Virus record (IMG/VR): IMGVR_UViG_3300037585_001448
Location: 1 to 64,000 of that record
DNA: 64,000 nucleotides
DNA from: a virus
Strand: one strand, 5' to 3'
Shown here: piece by piece, positions 19,154 to 28,600 of the stretch
How the letters are laid out: every line of letters begins with the position of its first letter
How positions within the stretch are numbered: the first letter of the stretch is position 1
Translations under genes and position numbers: made by a program
Notes under the pieces: model-generated
What the model saw: the letters and a program-made list of their open reading frames with translations, nothing else
Database searches by the model: none
Told to the model about the DNA's origin: nothing

Positions 19154-19972
19154 ATGCCTGATGTGACCAACGACCGCATCGTCCTCCGCCAATCTTGGCT
19201 TGGAACTCTCGCCATGTGCCCTGAACGGGCACGCCAAGACATGCTGGGGATCTCCGCCAACACCGAATCGACCTCCACCGCAATCGGATCCGCTGTCCAC
19301 TACGGGATCGAACAGTGCCTCGTTCAGAAGATGCAAGCGGGAACGCCACTGAATCTGTCCGACACAACAGATGCTTCGATGCAATGGTGGAACGAGAACA
19401 AGAACAACATCGTTCGGTGGAACCACAAAGATGGCGAGCCGGAAAAGATTATCGAACTCAACTCGGCGGCATGGTGGAAAGAAGTCATGCCCGATGTACA
19501 CCCCATCGCAGTCGAATGGAAGTTTGAACTGCCGCTGGTGGTGGACCACCAGCCAGAGATTTGGTTGCAGGGAACCATCGATTGTGTCCAAGAATTCCCG
19601 CGGCCCATCATCGACTGGAAGAACCCGGGCAGCAAACCTCGCACGGAGTGGGAGAAGAAGCGGTGGTCGGTACAGGCCGCAGCGTACACTTGGGCCGTAG
19701 CGTCACAGGCTGACAGCGGACTGACCGAACCGCTACAGTTCGAGTTCGTGCATCTAGTAAAGGGCGACGTTTACCGTACCCTAGTTGATTTTGGACCTGC
19801 GGAGTGGGCTAGTCTGGTCGCTTTGGCCCGCTCTGCAGGTACCCTTATAGCCGCAGACCTGCCAGTATGGCCGTTGAACATGACGGGCTGGCACTGTGCC
19901 CCCAAATGGTGTGGGGCATGGGCTACATGCAGAGGCAGGTTTGCGGGACCAGATCCATGGAACCAACTATAG
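19154..19972 (+). CDS. PD-(D/E)XK RecB/Cas4-like exonuclease
   Basis: CP, GSAVH, VEWKF, GTID, IIDWK, QAAAY and C-terminal Cys cluster. Confidence 0.85.
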   Translation: MPDVTNDRIVLRQSWLGTLAMCPERARQDMLGISANTESTSTAIGSAVHYGIEQCLVQKMQAGTPLNLSDTTDASMQWWNENKNNIVRWNHKDGEPEKIIELNSAAWWKEVMPDVHPIAVEWKFELPLVVDHQPEIWLQGTIDCVQEFPRPIIDWKNPGSKPRTEWEKKRWSVQAAAYTWAVASQADSGLTEPLQFEFVHLVKGDVYRTLVDFGPAEWASLVALARSAGTLIAADLPVWPLNMTGWHCAPKWCGAWATCRGRFAGPDPWNQL

Positions 19973-19984
19973 AAAGGTAGACCC

Positions 19985-20575
19985 ATGGCAGCAGCAACAA
20001 CAGCAAAGAAAACAGAGAACACCTTCACGGTGTTTCGCAGACAGGTTACTCAGACGGGTGCCTACGAACCAGCGGAAGCATCCTGTTCCGTCACCATCAC
20101 GGTTGACGGCGACATGACGCAAGACGCTATCGCTGAGCAGATTGCCGAGTGGGGCAACACGCTTGAGATGGCGAACTACGAGGCGCTGGGTATCGGTTAC
20201 GAAATCACCGAGCAGGGCATCCGGAGGTTGGACAAAAGCGTTCCCGGGAATACAGCGGCTCCTGCCGTGGCGGCGCCTACCCCGGGGCCTGCGCCCCGAA
20301 GTGCGCCCGTCGTCGGAGGTAGCGGCATGTCGGACTTCTGGACCGACCTGATGAACAACCAGAGCGGCTGGTGGCCCCCCAACTGGGAGAAGAAGTTGGA
20401 TCCCGCCGCCGCCTTCAACAAGAAGGGTCCCGACTACAAGCGCCGGGGCGATGGTAAGGGCATCTGGTTGACGAAGCCCGACGGTTCCTCACAGGTACCT
20501 GACTGGTTCGTCTGCCCGTTCACAGGCAAAACCGCTGACGAACTGGCCTCCATCGGGGCGCAGATCCGCGGCTAG
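19985..20575 (+). CDS. Putative ssDNA-binding/annealing protein
   Basis: Lies between exonuclease and helicase; Pro/Ala linker, KGPDYK..GIWL. Function inferred from context. Confidence 0.4.
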   Translation: MAAATTAKKTENTFTVFRRQVTQTGAYEPAEASCSVTITVDGDMTQDAIAEQIAEWGNTLEMANYEALGIGYEITEQGIRRLDKSVPGNTAAPAVAAPTPGPAPRSAPVVGGSGMSDFWTDLMNNQSGWWPPNWEKKLDPAAAFNKKGPDYKRRGDGKGIWLTKPDGSSQVPDWFVCPFTGKTADELASIGAQIRG

Positions 20576-20598
20576 TCTTTGTACACTGTACATAGATC

Positions 20599-21564
20599 AT
20601 GGACGTTCTAACCCCTGAACAGGTAGCCGACCGTCTCGCCGCAGTCCATGACGGTGAGGCGGTCGGTTCCCCTTCGGATAAGAAAGCACCGCGCCGTTGG
20701 TCAGCGACCACGGCAGTCGTGGACAACCTCGTCGGGTTCATCCGCAACCCGGCTGAACGCTGGTATCTGGGCTACCCGGAGATAGACCTCGCCACCCGTG
20801 GCATCGGCAAAGGTGAAGTGCTGTTGGTGGTGGGGCGCAGCCACACAGGCAAATCGCAGGTCCTGCTGAATGGCATAGTCACCAACCTGATAAACGACCC
20901 GTCGGCCCATGTCGTGATCTTCGCCATGGATGAGCCGCGGGAACTGGTCGTGATGAAACTGTTCTGCCTGCTCCAAGGCAAGTCTTCCACGGAGGTAGAG
21001 GAAGCGATCAAGGCTGGCGACAACAAGGTTTTGACGGAACTGAAAGAAGCGGCCTCCAGCGAACTGTCCCGTGTCGCCGTGGTGGACGACTCGTTATCGC
21101 TGGAAGCGATGTCGGAAGTCATGGAAGAGGCCCGCCAATGGTGGGGATGCAACCCGTCGTTCTGCATGATGGACTATCTGGAGTTGCTGCCCGGCGGTGA
21201 CGCTGACGCCACAGGTGTGACCTCCAAGGCGCAGGCCGTCAAGCGGTGGGCGAAGTCGCAGCGTGTACCCATCGGGCTGGTTCATCAAGCAGGCCGGGGG
21301 GCGGGACAGCCGGGGCAGGCGGCAGGTATCCACGCCGGGCGGTACGGCGGTGAACAGGAAGCGATCTTCGTGCTGGAGGTTTACCGCAAACGGGACCGTG
21401 TCGACCTGTCCGACTGGGAGAAGACCTACCACGCCAACAGTGTGAACCTGAATCTGTGCAAGAACAAACGCACGGCACGTTTGTTGGATCAGATCTACTA
21501 TTTGGATCCCGAATGCGGGCACGTTCACCCGTACTGGGAAGAATTGGTGCCGGGCAATGGATGA
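20599..21564 (+). CDS. DnaB-like (SF4) replicative helicase
   Basis: GRSHTGKS (Walker A), FAMDE, MMDYLELL, VHQ, CKNKR. Confidence 0.85.
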   Translation: MDVLTPEQVADRLAAVHDGEAVGSPSDKKAPRRWSATTAVVDNLVGFIRNPAERWYLGYPEIDLATRGIGKGEVLLVVGRSHTGKSQVLLNGIVTNLINDPSAHVVIFAMDEPRELVVMKLFCLLQGKSSTEVEEAIKAGDNKVLTELKEAASSELSRVAVVDDSLSLEAMSEVMEEARQWWGCNPSFCMMDYLELLPGGDADATGVTSKAQAVKRWAKSQRVPIGLVHQAGRGAGQPGQAAGIHAGRYGGEQEAIFVLEVYRKRDRVDLSDWEKTYHANSVNLNLCKNKRTARLLDQIYYLDPECGHVHPYWEELVPGNG

Positions 21565-22543
21565 GATCGATTCCCAAGTCGTGTTCGACTTTGCGTTGCT
21601 GTTCCGTGGCGGCAAGGTAGCCATCGATGACCCCGCCGATTCCAAAGGGTTTCGTCCATGGCAGACAGACAGCGGCGGCTTCGTCGCCGCCGACGGCAAG
21701 GATTTCTTAGAGGTAGTTGAAGATCACCTGCTGCGGGAACCAGCCATCGGCGTGTACCCCCTCTTCCATCAAGGCGACGGGTTCAAGGTGTACTGGGGGT
21801 GTGTCGACTGGGACTCCGGGCTACGGGAGTCCTTTGTCCACGCCCGTAATGTCCACGAGGTGCTGCGTCAGGTGGGGATCACCTCCCATGTGGAACGTTC
21901 ACGTTCCAAGGGCTACCACCTGTGGGTGTTCTTCACGGAAGAGATGCCAGCGTTCGACGTACGCACGGGGTTGATGGCAGCGTGCAATGTGGTCGGGGCA
22001 CCCACGAAAGAAGTAAATCCTAAACAGGTTGAACTGTCGGATCGTGGGTGGGGCAACGGGGTGCGTTTGCCCTACGGGAAGAACCGTCCGAAGGGTGGTC
22101 ATAACGAGATGACGAACCCGGATGCCACGATCAGCATGATCCCTGTGCATGCGTTCACGAAGGCAGCGATGGAAAGTCTGGTCACCCCGGAGGCGTGGGA
22201 GGCTGTCACAGCCCTGTACAGCCCTCCTGAGGCCCCCTTCGGGGACGAACAGATGCCAGATGACACCACCCACGGTGTGGACCTCAGGGGACTTCCCGGG
22301 GCGATTAGGAAGAACGGCCCCCGGACGACCCCCGACAAGCCGCACGGAGACAGGTCCGCCACCTTGTTTTCTTTGGCGTGTGCCATGATTAGAGACGGCT
22401 ATGAACTGAACGTGGTAGCCGGGGAACTAGAGGGGGCAGACAGGGACTGGGGTGGCAAATATGCGCGGCGACCCGATGGTCGCCAACGGCTATGGAAGAT
22501 GGTCTTGGATGCCAAGAAACTGGCATGGGAACCAAAGGACTAG
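21557..22543 (+). CDS. AEP primase(-polymerase) with PriCT-like C-terminus
   Basis: CVDWD, ERSRSKGYHLWVFF, GNGVRLPY and DRSATLFSLA. Confidence 0.8.
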   Translation: MDEIDSQVVFDFALLFRGGKVAIDDPADSKGFRPWQTDSGGFVAADGKDFLEVVEDHLLREPAIGVYPLFHQGDGFKVYWGCVDWDSGLRESFVHARNVHEVLRQVGITSHVERSRSKGYHLWVFFTEEMPAFDVRTGLMAACNVVGAPTKEVNPKQVELSDRGWGNGVRLPYGKNRPKGGHNEMTNPDATISMIPVHAFTKAAMESLVTPEAWEAVTALYSPPEAPFGDEQMPDDTTHGVDLRGLPGAIRKNGPRTTPDKPHGDRSATLFSLACAMIRDGYELNVVAGELEGADRDWGGKYARRPDGRQRLWKMVLDAKKLAWEPKD

Positions 22544-22544
22544 G

Positions 22545-22904
22545 ATGAAAAGTTATTCCGTTCGGATAGACCGCCGCCCCAAGGTGAAGGCGCGTCCGCG
22601 CCACACCAAGAAGGGGCATGTGTTCACCCCGAAGGAGACGCTGATAGAGGAAGACTATGTGGCTCAGGCGTGGCGTGACCAAGTCGGTGAACAGATCGAA
22701 GGCCCCGTTGAAGTAATGGTAGTGTACAGTCCGTCATGCACGCTGCTGACTGTGGTAGAGTCTCCGCACGACGCCAGAACATTGCGTGGAGACTTGGACA
22801 ACTACATAAAACTAACATTGGATGCACTGAATAAAGTAGCGTGGGATGACGACAGCCAAGTGGTCCGCATAGCGGCAGTGAGGGTAGATGAGCGAAAAGA
22901 CTGA
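22545..22904 (+). CDS. rusA: RusA-like Holliday junction resolvase
   Basis: KARPR, DLDNYIKLTLDALN and WDDDSQV. Confidence 0.85.
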   Translation: MKSYSVRIDRRPKVKARPRHTKKGHVFTPKETLIEEDYVAQAWRDQVGEQIEGPVEVMVVYSPSCTLLTVVESPHDARTLRGDLDNYIKLTLDALNKVAWDDDSQVVRIAAVRVDERKD

Positions 22905-23394
22905 CGACACCAAGTACCAGAACTTCGCAAACAAATCGTGGCAAACACGCTTCGACAAGATGGGCGACGACTCCGAAGCAGCGTTCGAACGCAACAGCGA
23001 AGAATGGATCCGATACGGGCTGAACCGTCCACCGTTCCCCGTCGGTCGGCTACCGCTGGGAATACGGTACACCCCTGACTACATCTGGGCAGGCAACTAC
23101 CTCGTGGAAGTACAAGGCTGCTCCCCCCGCAAAGGGGTCAAACTCAAGTGCGAAAAATATGTAACCATCGAAACGATCTGGCACCCCCTGCTACCCGTCC
23201 TGTATTTCTTCTGGGATTCAACCCGCGAACTACACACGATAGCCACGCAAGAAAAACTGCGTCAACTAATTAAAAGCGACCAAGCAACCATCGGAACCTT
23301 CAAAGACCCGGGCGGCGAAAAGCCGTTCTGGCAGTTGAAGACAAACATGTTTGATTGGACGCCCGATGGGGACGCAGCGCGAATTTCCGATTGA
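22888..23394 (+). CDS. Putative PD-(D/E)XK-like nuclease
   Basis: YTPDY..LVEVQG. Confidence 0.5.
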   Translation: MSEKTDDTKYQNFANKSWQTRFDKMGDDSEAAFERNSEEWIRYGLNRPPFPVGRLPLGIRYTPDYIWAGNYLVEVQGCSPRKGVKLKCEKYVTIETIWHPLLPVLYFFWDSTRELHTIATQEKLRQLIKSDQATIGTFKDPGGEKPFWQLKTNMFDWTPDGDAARISD

Positions 23395-23839
23395 CCCCCG
23401 CTGGCTTAGCGGAGACAGCGGAGCCGAAGAAGAAAGCAACTGGCTACACCGCGCCCTTCGCAACGCGCTGCCCGCCGAAGGACGCTACGACACCGACATC
23501 GAACGGATGCAATGCGAACGCCCCGACGGCATCCACCCCTCCAGCAACCCCACCCTAGAAAACACGTTGGAAGTCAAAGAGATACTGGGTGCAGCCATCG
23601 AAGCGTTAGAACCCGAAGAACGATGGATAGCAGAACGGCTACTCATCGAAGGGTTGTCGCTACGCAAAGCCGGAGCCGTACTAGGGTGCCCCAAAACAAC
23701 ACTGGCACGCAGACGAGATGCCATCCGCGTTAAACTAATCAGGGCCGTGGCAGGCCAACCCGCCATTACCAGACGGTTAAGGCAAACAGAAAAATCTTTA
23801 GTCCTCTATAGCGAGACACTGTCTCATCATCCCCATTAG
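23366..23839 (+). CDS. Sigma-70 region-4-like HTH transcription factor
   Basis: AIEALEPEERWI..EGLSLRKAGAVLGCPKTTLARRR. Confidence 0.7.
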   Translation: MGTQREFPIDPRWLSGDSGAEEESNWLHRALRNALPAEGRYDTDIERMQCERPDGIHPSSNPTLENTLEVKEILGAAIEALEPEERWIAERLLIEGLSLRKAGAVLGCPKTTLARRRDAIRVKLIRAVAGQPAITRRLRQTEKSLVLYSETLSHHPH

Positions 23840-24109
23840 GGATGTGACCCACACACCGAAAGCGGCCTGCGCCTCATCGACGCCGTCCATGCCCGCATAG
23901 AATGCGGCCAACAGGCACTCCGCTTCCTGCTCGTTGAACACCAGCAACAAACCAAGGATCCCATCCGGCGACCACTTGGCGTGCGTACCGTCCGTCGTGT
24001 CGAACAGATGCGCCGTTTCCTCCAACTCGTAGAGGATTTCCCGCTCAACCTCAGCGCCCTGAGTTGCTAGGAACTCGGTCCACTTCGCATCCAGTTCAGC
24101 GGCATCCAC
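23798..24109 (-). CDS. Hypothetical protein
   Basis: Last gene of the late arm, convergent with the sigma-like gene; start approximate. Confidence 0.5.
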   Translation of the reverse strand: MDAAELDAKWTEFLATQGAEVEREILYELEETAHLFDTTDGTHAKWSPDGILGLLLVFNEQEAECLLAAFYAGMDGVDEAQAAFGVWVTSLMGMMRQCLAIED

Positions 24110-24111
24110 GA

Positions 24112-24273
24112 CTACGACCCTACACGGTCCCGGGCGTACGTCTTGACCACCGACAGGGCCGCAGCAATTCCTGCCACCGCCGCTGATCTCGCTGATGCCA
24201 GTTCCGACACCATGAATACAGCCAAAAATGCTTGGGCAAACGTCCACGCTGCCCGTTCAAACATGTTGCTCAC
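24112..24273 (-). CDS. Holin (r1t-like, two TM helices)
   Basis: Own translation: MSNMFERAAWTFAQAFLAVFMVSELASARSAAVAGIAAALSVVKTYARDRVGS. Not in the ORF track. Confidence 0.7.
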   Translation of the reverse strand: MSNMFERAAWTFAQAFLAVFMVSELASARSAAVAGIAAALSVVKTYARDRVGS

Positions 24274-24587
24274 TTCTTCTTCCCCTTGTTAGATCGTTTA
24301 GAATGGTCGTGCGCTATGGCAGCCGCCTGATCGCGAGGGTAACCCTCGCTTATCAGCGTGCCAATGTTCTGTGCAATAGCGTTCTGACTCTTGCCGCGCT
24401 TCAACGGCACGACTAATACCTCGGCCGACGCGGCTTCTTCGGAGCCACCTCAATCACGCAGCGCCCTACGGGCACCACTGCGCGACTGCGAACCAACATG
24501 CCCGATACCGCTGCCAAGCGTGCTGGTCGTGACCAACACCTGATCGGCCTTCACCTTCTTCGGAGTTGAACCATCCCTCATGATGCC

Positions 24588-24776
24588 CTACTTCCCGAAC
24601 GGTCGGCCACCAAAAGCGGCGTTTCCCAAATTGGTTGAACGCAGATACGCCGCAGCCTTAGCAGCCTTCTTCGACATGTCCCACATGTTGAACGAAGACG
24701 TAGAATTGTAAGGCTGGTCATCCTGCGACCCGAACGTTTCCTCAAACGTGGGACCGTACCCTTTACCTCGTGGCAT
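24588..24776 (-). CDS. Small basic hypothetical protein
   Basis: GAGG RBS; downstream of the amidase. Confidence 0.5.
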   Translation of the reverse strand: MPRGKGYGPTFEETFGSQDDQPYNSTSSFNMWDMSKKAAKAAAYLRSTNLGNAAFGGRPFGK

Positions 24777-24785
24777 TATGTTTCC

Positions 24786-25556
24786 TCACTGTAAGAACAG
24801 GGCAGAAAACGTGTGAACGTCAACCACCCCTGTTGCCTTCAGAAATCCCTGCGACCTCTGAAACTCCTTCACCGCCCTAGCGGTCTTGCGCCCAAACACA
24901 CCATCAGCACGCCCCGGCTTAAACCCCCGGGCCGTCAAACGGGCCTGAACCAGCCGCACGGCATCACCACGACGCCGACGCGGCCACCGCCCCAAAGGCG
25001 ACACCGTTATCTGCTCCCTCAAGTCACGGAAATAGGCGGCAATCCCAGCCCAATCAGCATCCGACTGAGCCGCATCGACCGTCATCCCGGCCTCAACCCA
25101 ATTCCCCAACCAATCCCCCGGACAGGTCGTAGACCCCTTACGCCGATGCGTAGACAACCACAAATGATCCCCAAACCGCTGCGACGCAGCATTGGTTACA
25201 ATCTGGAACGACTCAAGAACCTTCTCTCTAGGTTTCGCATCGCCATGGCCCGTGTAACAGACGGAGATGGACTTGGCGTTCCACCCCTTAGTGGCACCAC
25301 CGCGTGCATCCCAGCCTCGTCCTTCAAAGATTGTTCCTGTCTCATCCACCAGCCAATTGTAAGCAACACCGTCCCAGCCCTTACGCAGATGGTGGCCCTC
25401 AAAGGCCACCACCGCCGCAGTCCCCTTCGGGCCATCCTTCACCGCCGAATGGTGAACCACCACGCCCTTCACACGGCCCGCACGCAACGGCGTAAACCTG
25501 CCATTGCGGGTTGCAGGCGGCTGCGCCCCCCATTGGCGACGCGAAATGAACTGCAT
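24786..25556 (-). CDS. Endolysin: PGRP/Amidase_2 N-acetylmuramoyl-L-alanine amidase plus peptidoglycan-binding domain
   Basis: ISRxxWGA, VVHHS, GWDGVAYN, FEGRGW, HR..TTCPG; C-terminal DGVFGRKTARAVKEFQ. Confidence 0.9.
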   Translation of the reverse strand: MQFISRRQWGAQPPATRNGRFTPLRAGRVKGVVVHHSAVKDGPKGTAAVVAFEGHHLRKGWDGVAYNWLVDETGTIFEGRGWDARGGATKGWNAKSISVCYTGHGDAKPREKVLESFQIVTNAASQRFGDHLWLSTHRRKGSTTCPGDWLGNWVEAGMTVDAAQSDADWAGIAAYFRDLREQITVSPLGRWPRRRRGDAVRLVQARLTARGFKPGRADGVFGRKTARAVKEFQRSQGFLKATGVVDVHTFSALFLQ

Positions 25557-25602
25557 ACTAGAAAGCCCCCGCTGTCCCGGCATCAATGTACACTGTACAA
25601 AC

Positions 25603-28600
25603 CTACCTTCGGGGCCGTTCCAGATCTAAACGATCCTGCCTCGTCATCTCCCGCTCCACCCTGCGGCGTACACGCTCGTTGCGCTGCTCCCTCGGGGTAT
25701 TCAACCTGAGGCTCACACCACCAAACATCGACATCACCGACTGAATCCAACGAGACTGCGTCTTCTCATCCTCTGGAATGACCCGACGCAACCGCCCAAC
25801 GAACGGCATCATGTTGTCCAACACCGCCAAACGGTTGTCGTACATCATCCACTCACCCTTACTGTTCTTCTTCGCCCACCCCAAAGCCTGAGCGGCCTGC
25901 ATCAACCCCGGAATCATCCTCGTAGCCGCAGGCACAGGCACATACTCTTCCCTGAAAGGAATCCCCTCAAAGACCCGCTTGCCCGCCCAATACTCAATCG
26001 GGGTCTTCAAGAACGGTGTCGTAGACGAGAACATCTGCTCCATCACCTTGCCATAACCACGCTGCGTCGGATCAAACTTGAACAAATCCTGCAACGGAAA
26101 GTCAGGCTGCGAATAAGCCTGAGCGCCGCCGATACTGAACGGCAACTGCAAACCGAAACCCTCCATAAAGTAGTCGGGGACTGTACCCTCACGCTCTTCA
26201 CCCAACTCTATGTTGCGACGCAACGACATCAGACGGTTGAACTTGCCCGGGCTGTTCGCCAAGAAACTCATCTGCAACGGCAGATTGTTCCTCGTCCAAG
26301 TGTAGAACGGGAACACCCTCTTACCGAACCTGCGCTCCGCCTCCGACAAACCACCATAGTTGAAGTGCAGTTTGTACGTCATCTCCAAAGCGTCATCCAC
26401 CGAACCACCCACCCGGCGCATATACAAGCCTGTGCCTAAACGCATCGCTTCCTCAGCGAACGTGTTCGCGTGGCGAACCCCGGCGAACATAAAGAACCCG
26501 GCGTCCATCGGATTCATCCGAATCCGACCCGAATACTTGGAGTTCTCCTTGGAACCCCACACCCAATCCATGCGGCTGGTACGCCCAAGGTTCACATCGA
26601 CAACGGATGCGGCCTGACCGCCCCCATGAACACCCAACTGCACCAACTCCAACGCATTCGCATACTCCACGTTGCCCGGATTATCAGCAACCAACTTCCT
26701 GAATCCAGCAGCCAAATCCCCGTTGCCTGCCTTGTACGCCTTGTCGATCAGCCGGAACGTTCGTGGGACTTCCGTCAACGGGATGTCCGCAAACCACATG
26801 TTTGCCATCCCACCAAAAACGTTACGGGCCACAAACCCCGGCGTCGCCACCATCTGCGCCTTCAACCAGTTGTGCGCCTTGTCGTACGCTTTCAAGAAGT
26901 TGCCTACTTCGACACGGTCATCCATCTTCTGGGCAGCCAACATGGCGTAAGTAAACTCGTCAGCAAACTCGGCGTTGCCAGCGACAAGCCACTCGTCCAT
27001 CGCCCCGCTGCCCCACATCTGCTTCCCACCAGCGTTAAACAAATCCTGCAATTGGCTGGCAGTCACACCAGACAAATCAAACTGCCCACCGAAACTGTTC
27101 AGGTTAAACGGCTTGCCGTTAGCAGCCCCCAACATGTTGCCTACCTTGTTGGCAAGATTGTTGCGCTGTTGCTCAGCGAGCAGAATCTTCTGCTCCACTT
27201 CAAGCCGTTGCAGTTGGATGTTCTGAACCAACAGTTCCTTTTTGGCGAGCGTTTCCCGCCGCGCATCCAAACGCCCCTGAGAGGCAGCGCGGGCAGCCGG
27301 GTCGCTGCTTCTGATCTGGGTGTTTAAACGATTTATCTCATCGGACGTATCAAGGATGGCCTTATCGAACGCGCCATACAGGCGCTCTTCGGCCATAAAC
27401 GACGCCTGATTGACCTTGCCCGCACGCAAGTTGTCGTACTGTTGAACAAGATAACCCCACTCAATCAACTCGCCGCGCTCAAACGCACCGTTGGGTACAC
27501 CCCAGTTGTCCAACACCGACTGGATAGCGTTCCAATACTCGTTGGAACGAACCCCCACACCAGTATCCAACGCATCCCGAATAACGTTGGCGACCTGCTC
27601 TGGGATGGGCGCGGTGTATGTTGCGCCGCCCGCCTCAGCAGCAGCAGGGTTGTAAACTCTGTCCCCGACGCGTACCAGAGCGTATTCGTTGAGAAGATCC
27701 CGAAGCCCCGGGTCGGAGACATCTGCGTCTATGTTGGCTCGCAACTGTGGGTTGTTGGTTTCCAACAGCGACAACGGGTAACGGTCTTCTTCGTCGAACA
27801 GTCCAAGCCTTTGACCGTTGGCACGGTATTCCGCTATCGCAGCGTCCCAAGTAGCGTCGTCTACCAGTGCCGCAAACTGATCGGATCCTGCCAGTCCTAT
27901 GAACGTGTCGCCCGGCGTGTAGCCCCCCGCCGCCGGGGTCCATCGGGCAGCGTTGCGGAGATCCCTGAACGCTCTCCAGAAATCATTAAGGGGGCTGAGC
28001 CCCGCAGTGCGCCCACTGCCCGTATCAGCAGCGTACGCTATGTTTGAAATCGTGTCATCAACACGGGTCATCAAATCGTCCAGAACATACTGCGGATCAA
28101 GGTCATCAAACCCGGCAGCAAAACTCCGCAACGTCCCCGCATCCGTCGGAATACCCGCCACCTCCATGGCAAAGTCGTCGGCCTGAGCAGACGACGGTCC
28201 ACCCGAAATCTGATCCTCCAACGAAATCTGCAAGTCTTCTAGTCGCGCACGCATCTCCGGCAAATCGATACGAGGCGACAACCCGGACGGATCCCCCACG
28301 GCAGAGGGAACAGGGAAAGGCTCCCGTCCCAAAAACGGCATATACCGCTGCAACCCCGCAGTACCCCAAGTCTGCTCCGCCGTCGCAGCCAACCCCTCGC
28401 GCACATGCTTAGCATGTGCAATCAACGACTCCATAGATGTACCCGAAGTCTCGCTTCTCAAAGCATCGGGAAGAAGATTAGACAAATAGTTGACGTTCAG
28501 AATGTTTTCCAAATCGCCCAGTTCCGTCAACAAAGCAACCTGCCTAGCGGCGGCATCACCCGACGCCGCACTCAAAGGCGTCGGACCCACCCTCATGCCG

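Noticed and set aside
24320-24400. tRNA or ncRNA-like hairpin GCGAGGGTAACCCTCGC
   Set aside because: No cloverleaf or T-loop; it lies within a plausible small minus-strand CDS.
13557-25599. CRISPR array or mini-array from the TGTACA and CCATG repeats, with the exonuclease as Cas4
   Set aside because: Repeats are too short and irregularly spaced across genes; the nuclease sits in an ordinary phage replication module.
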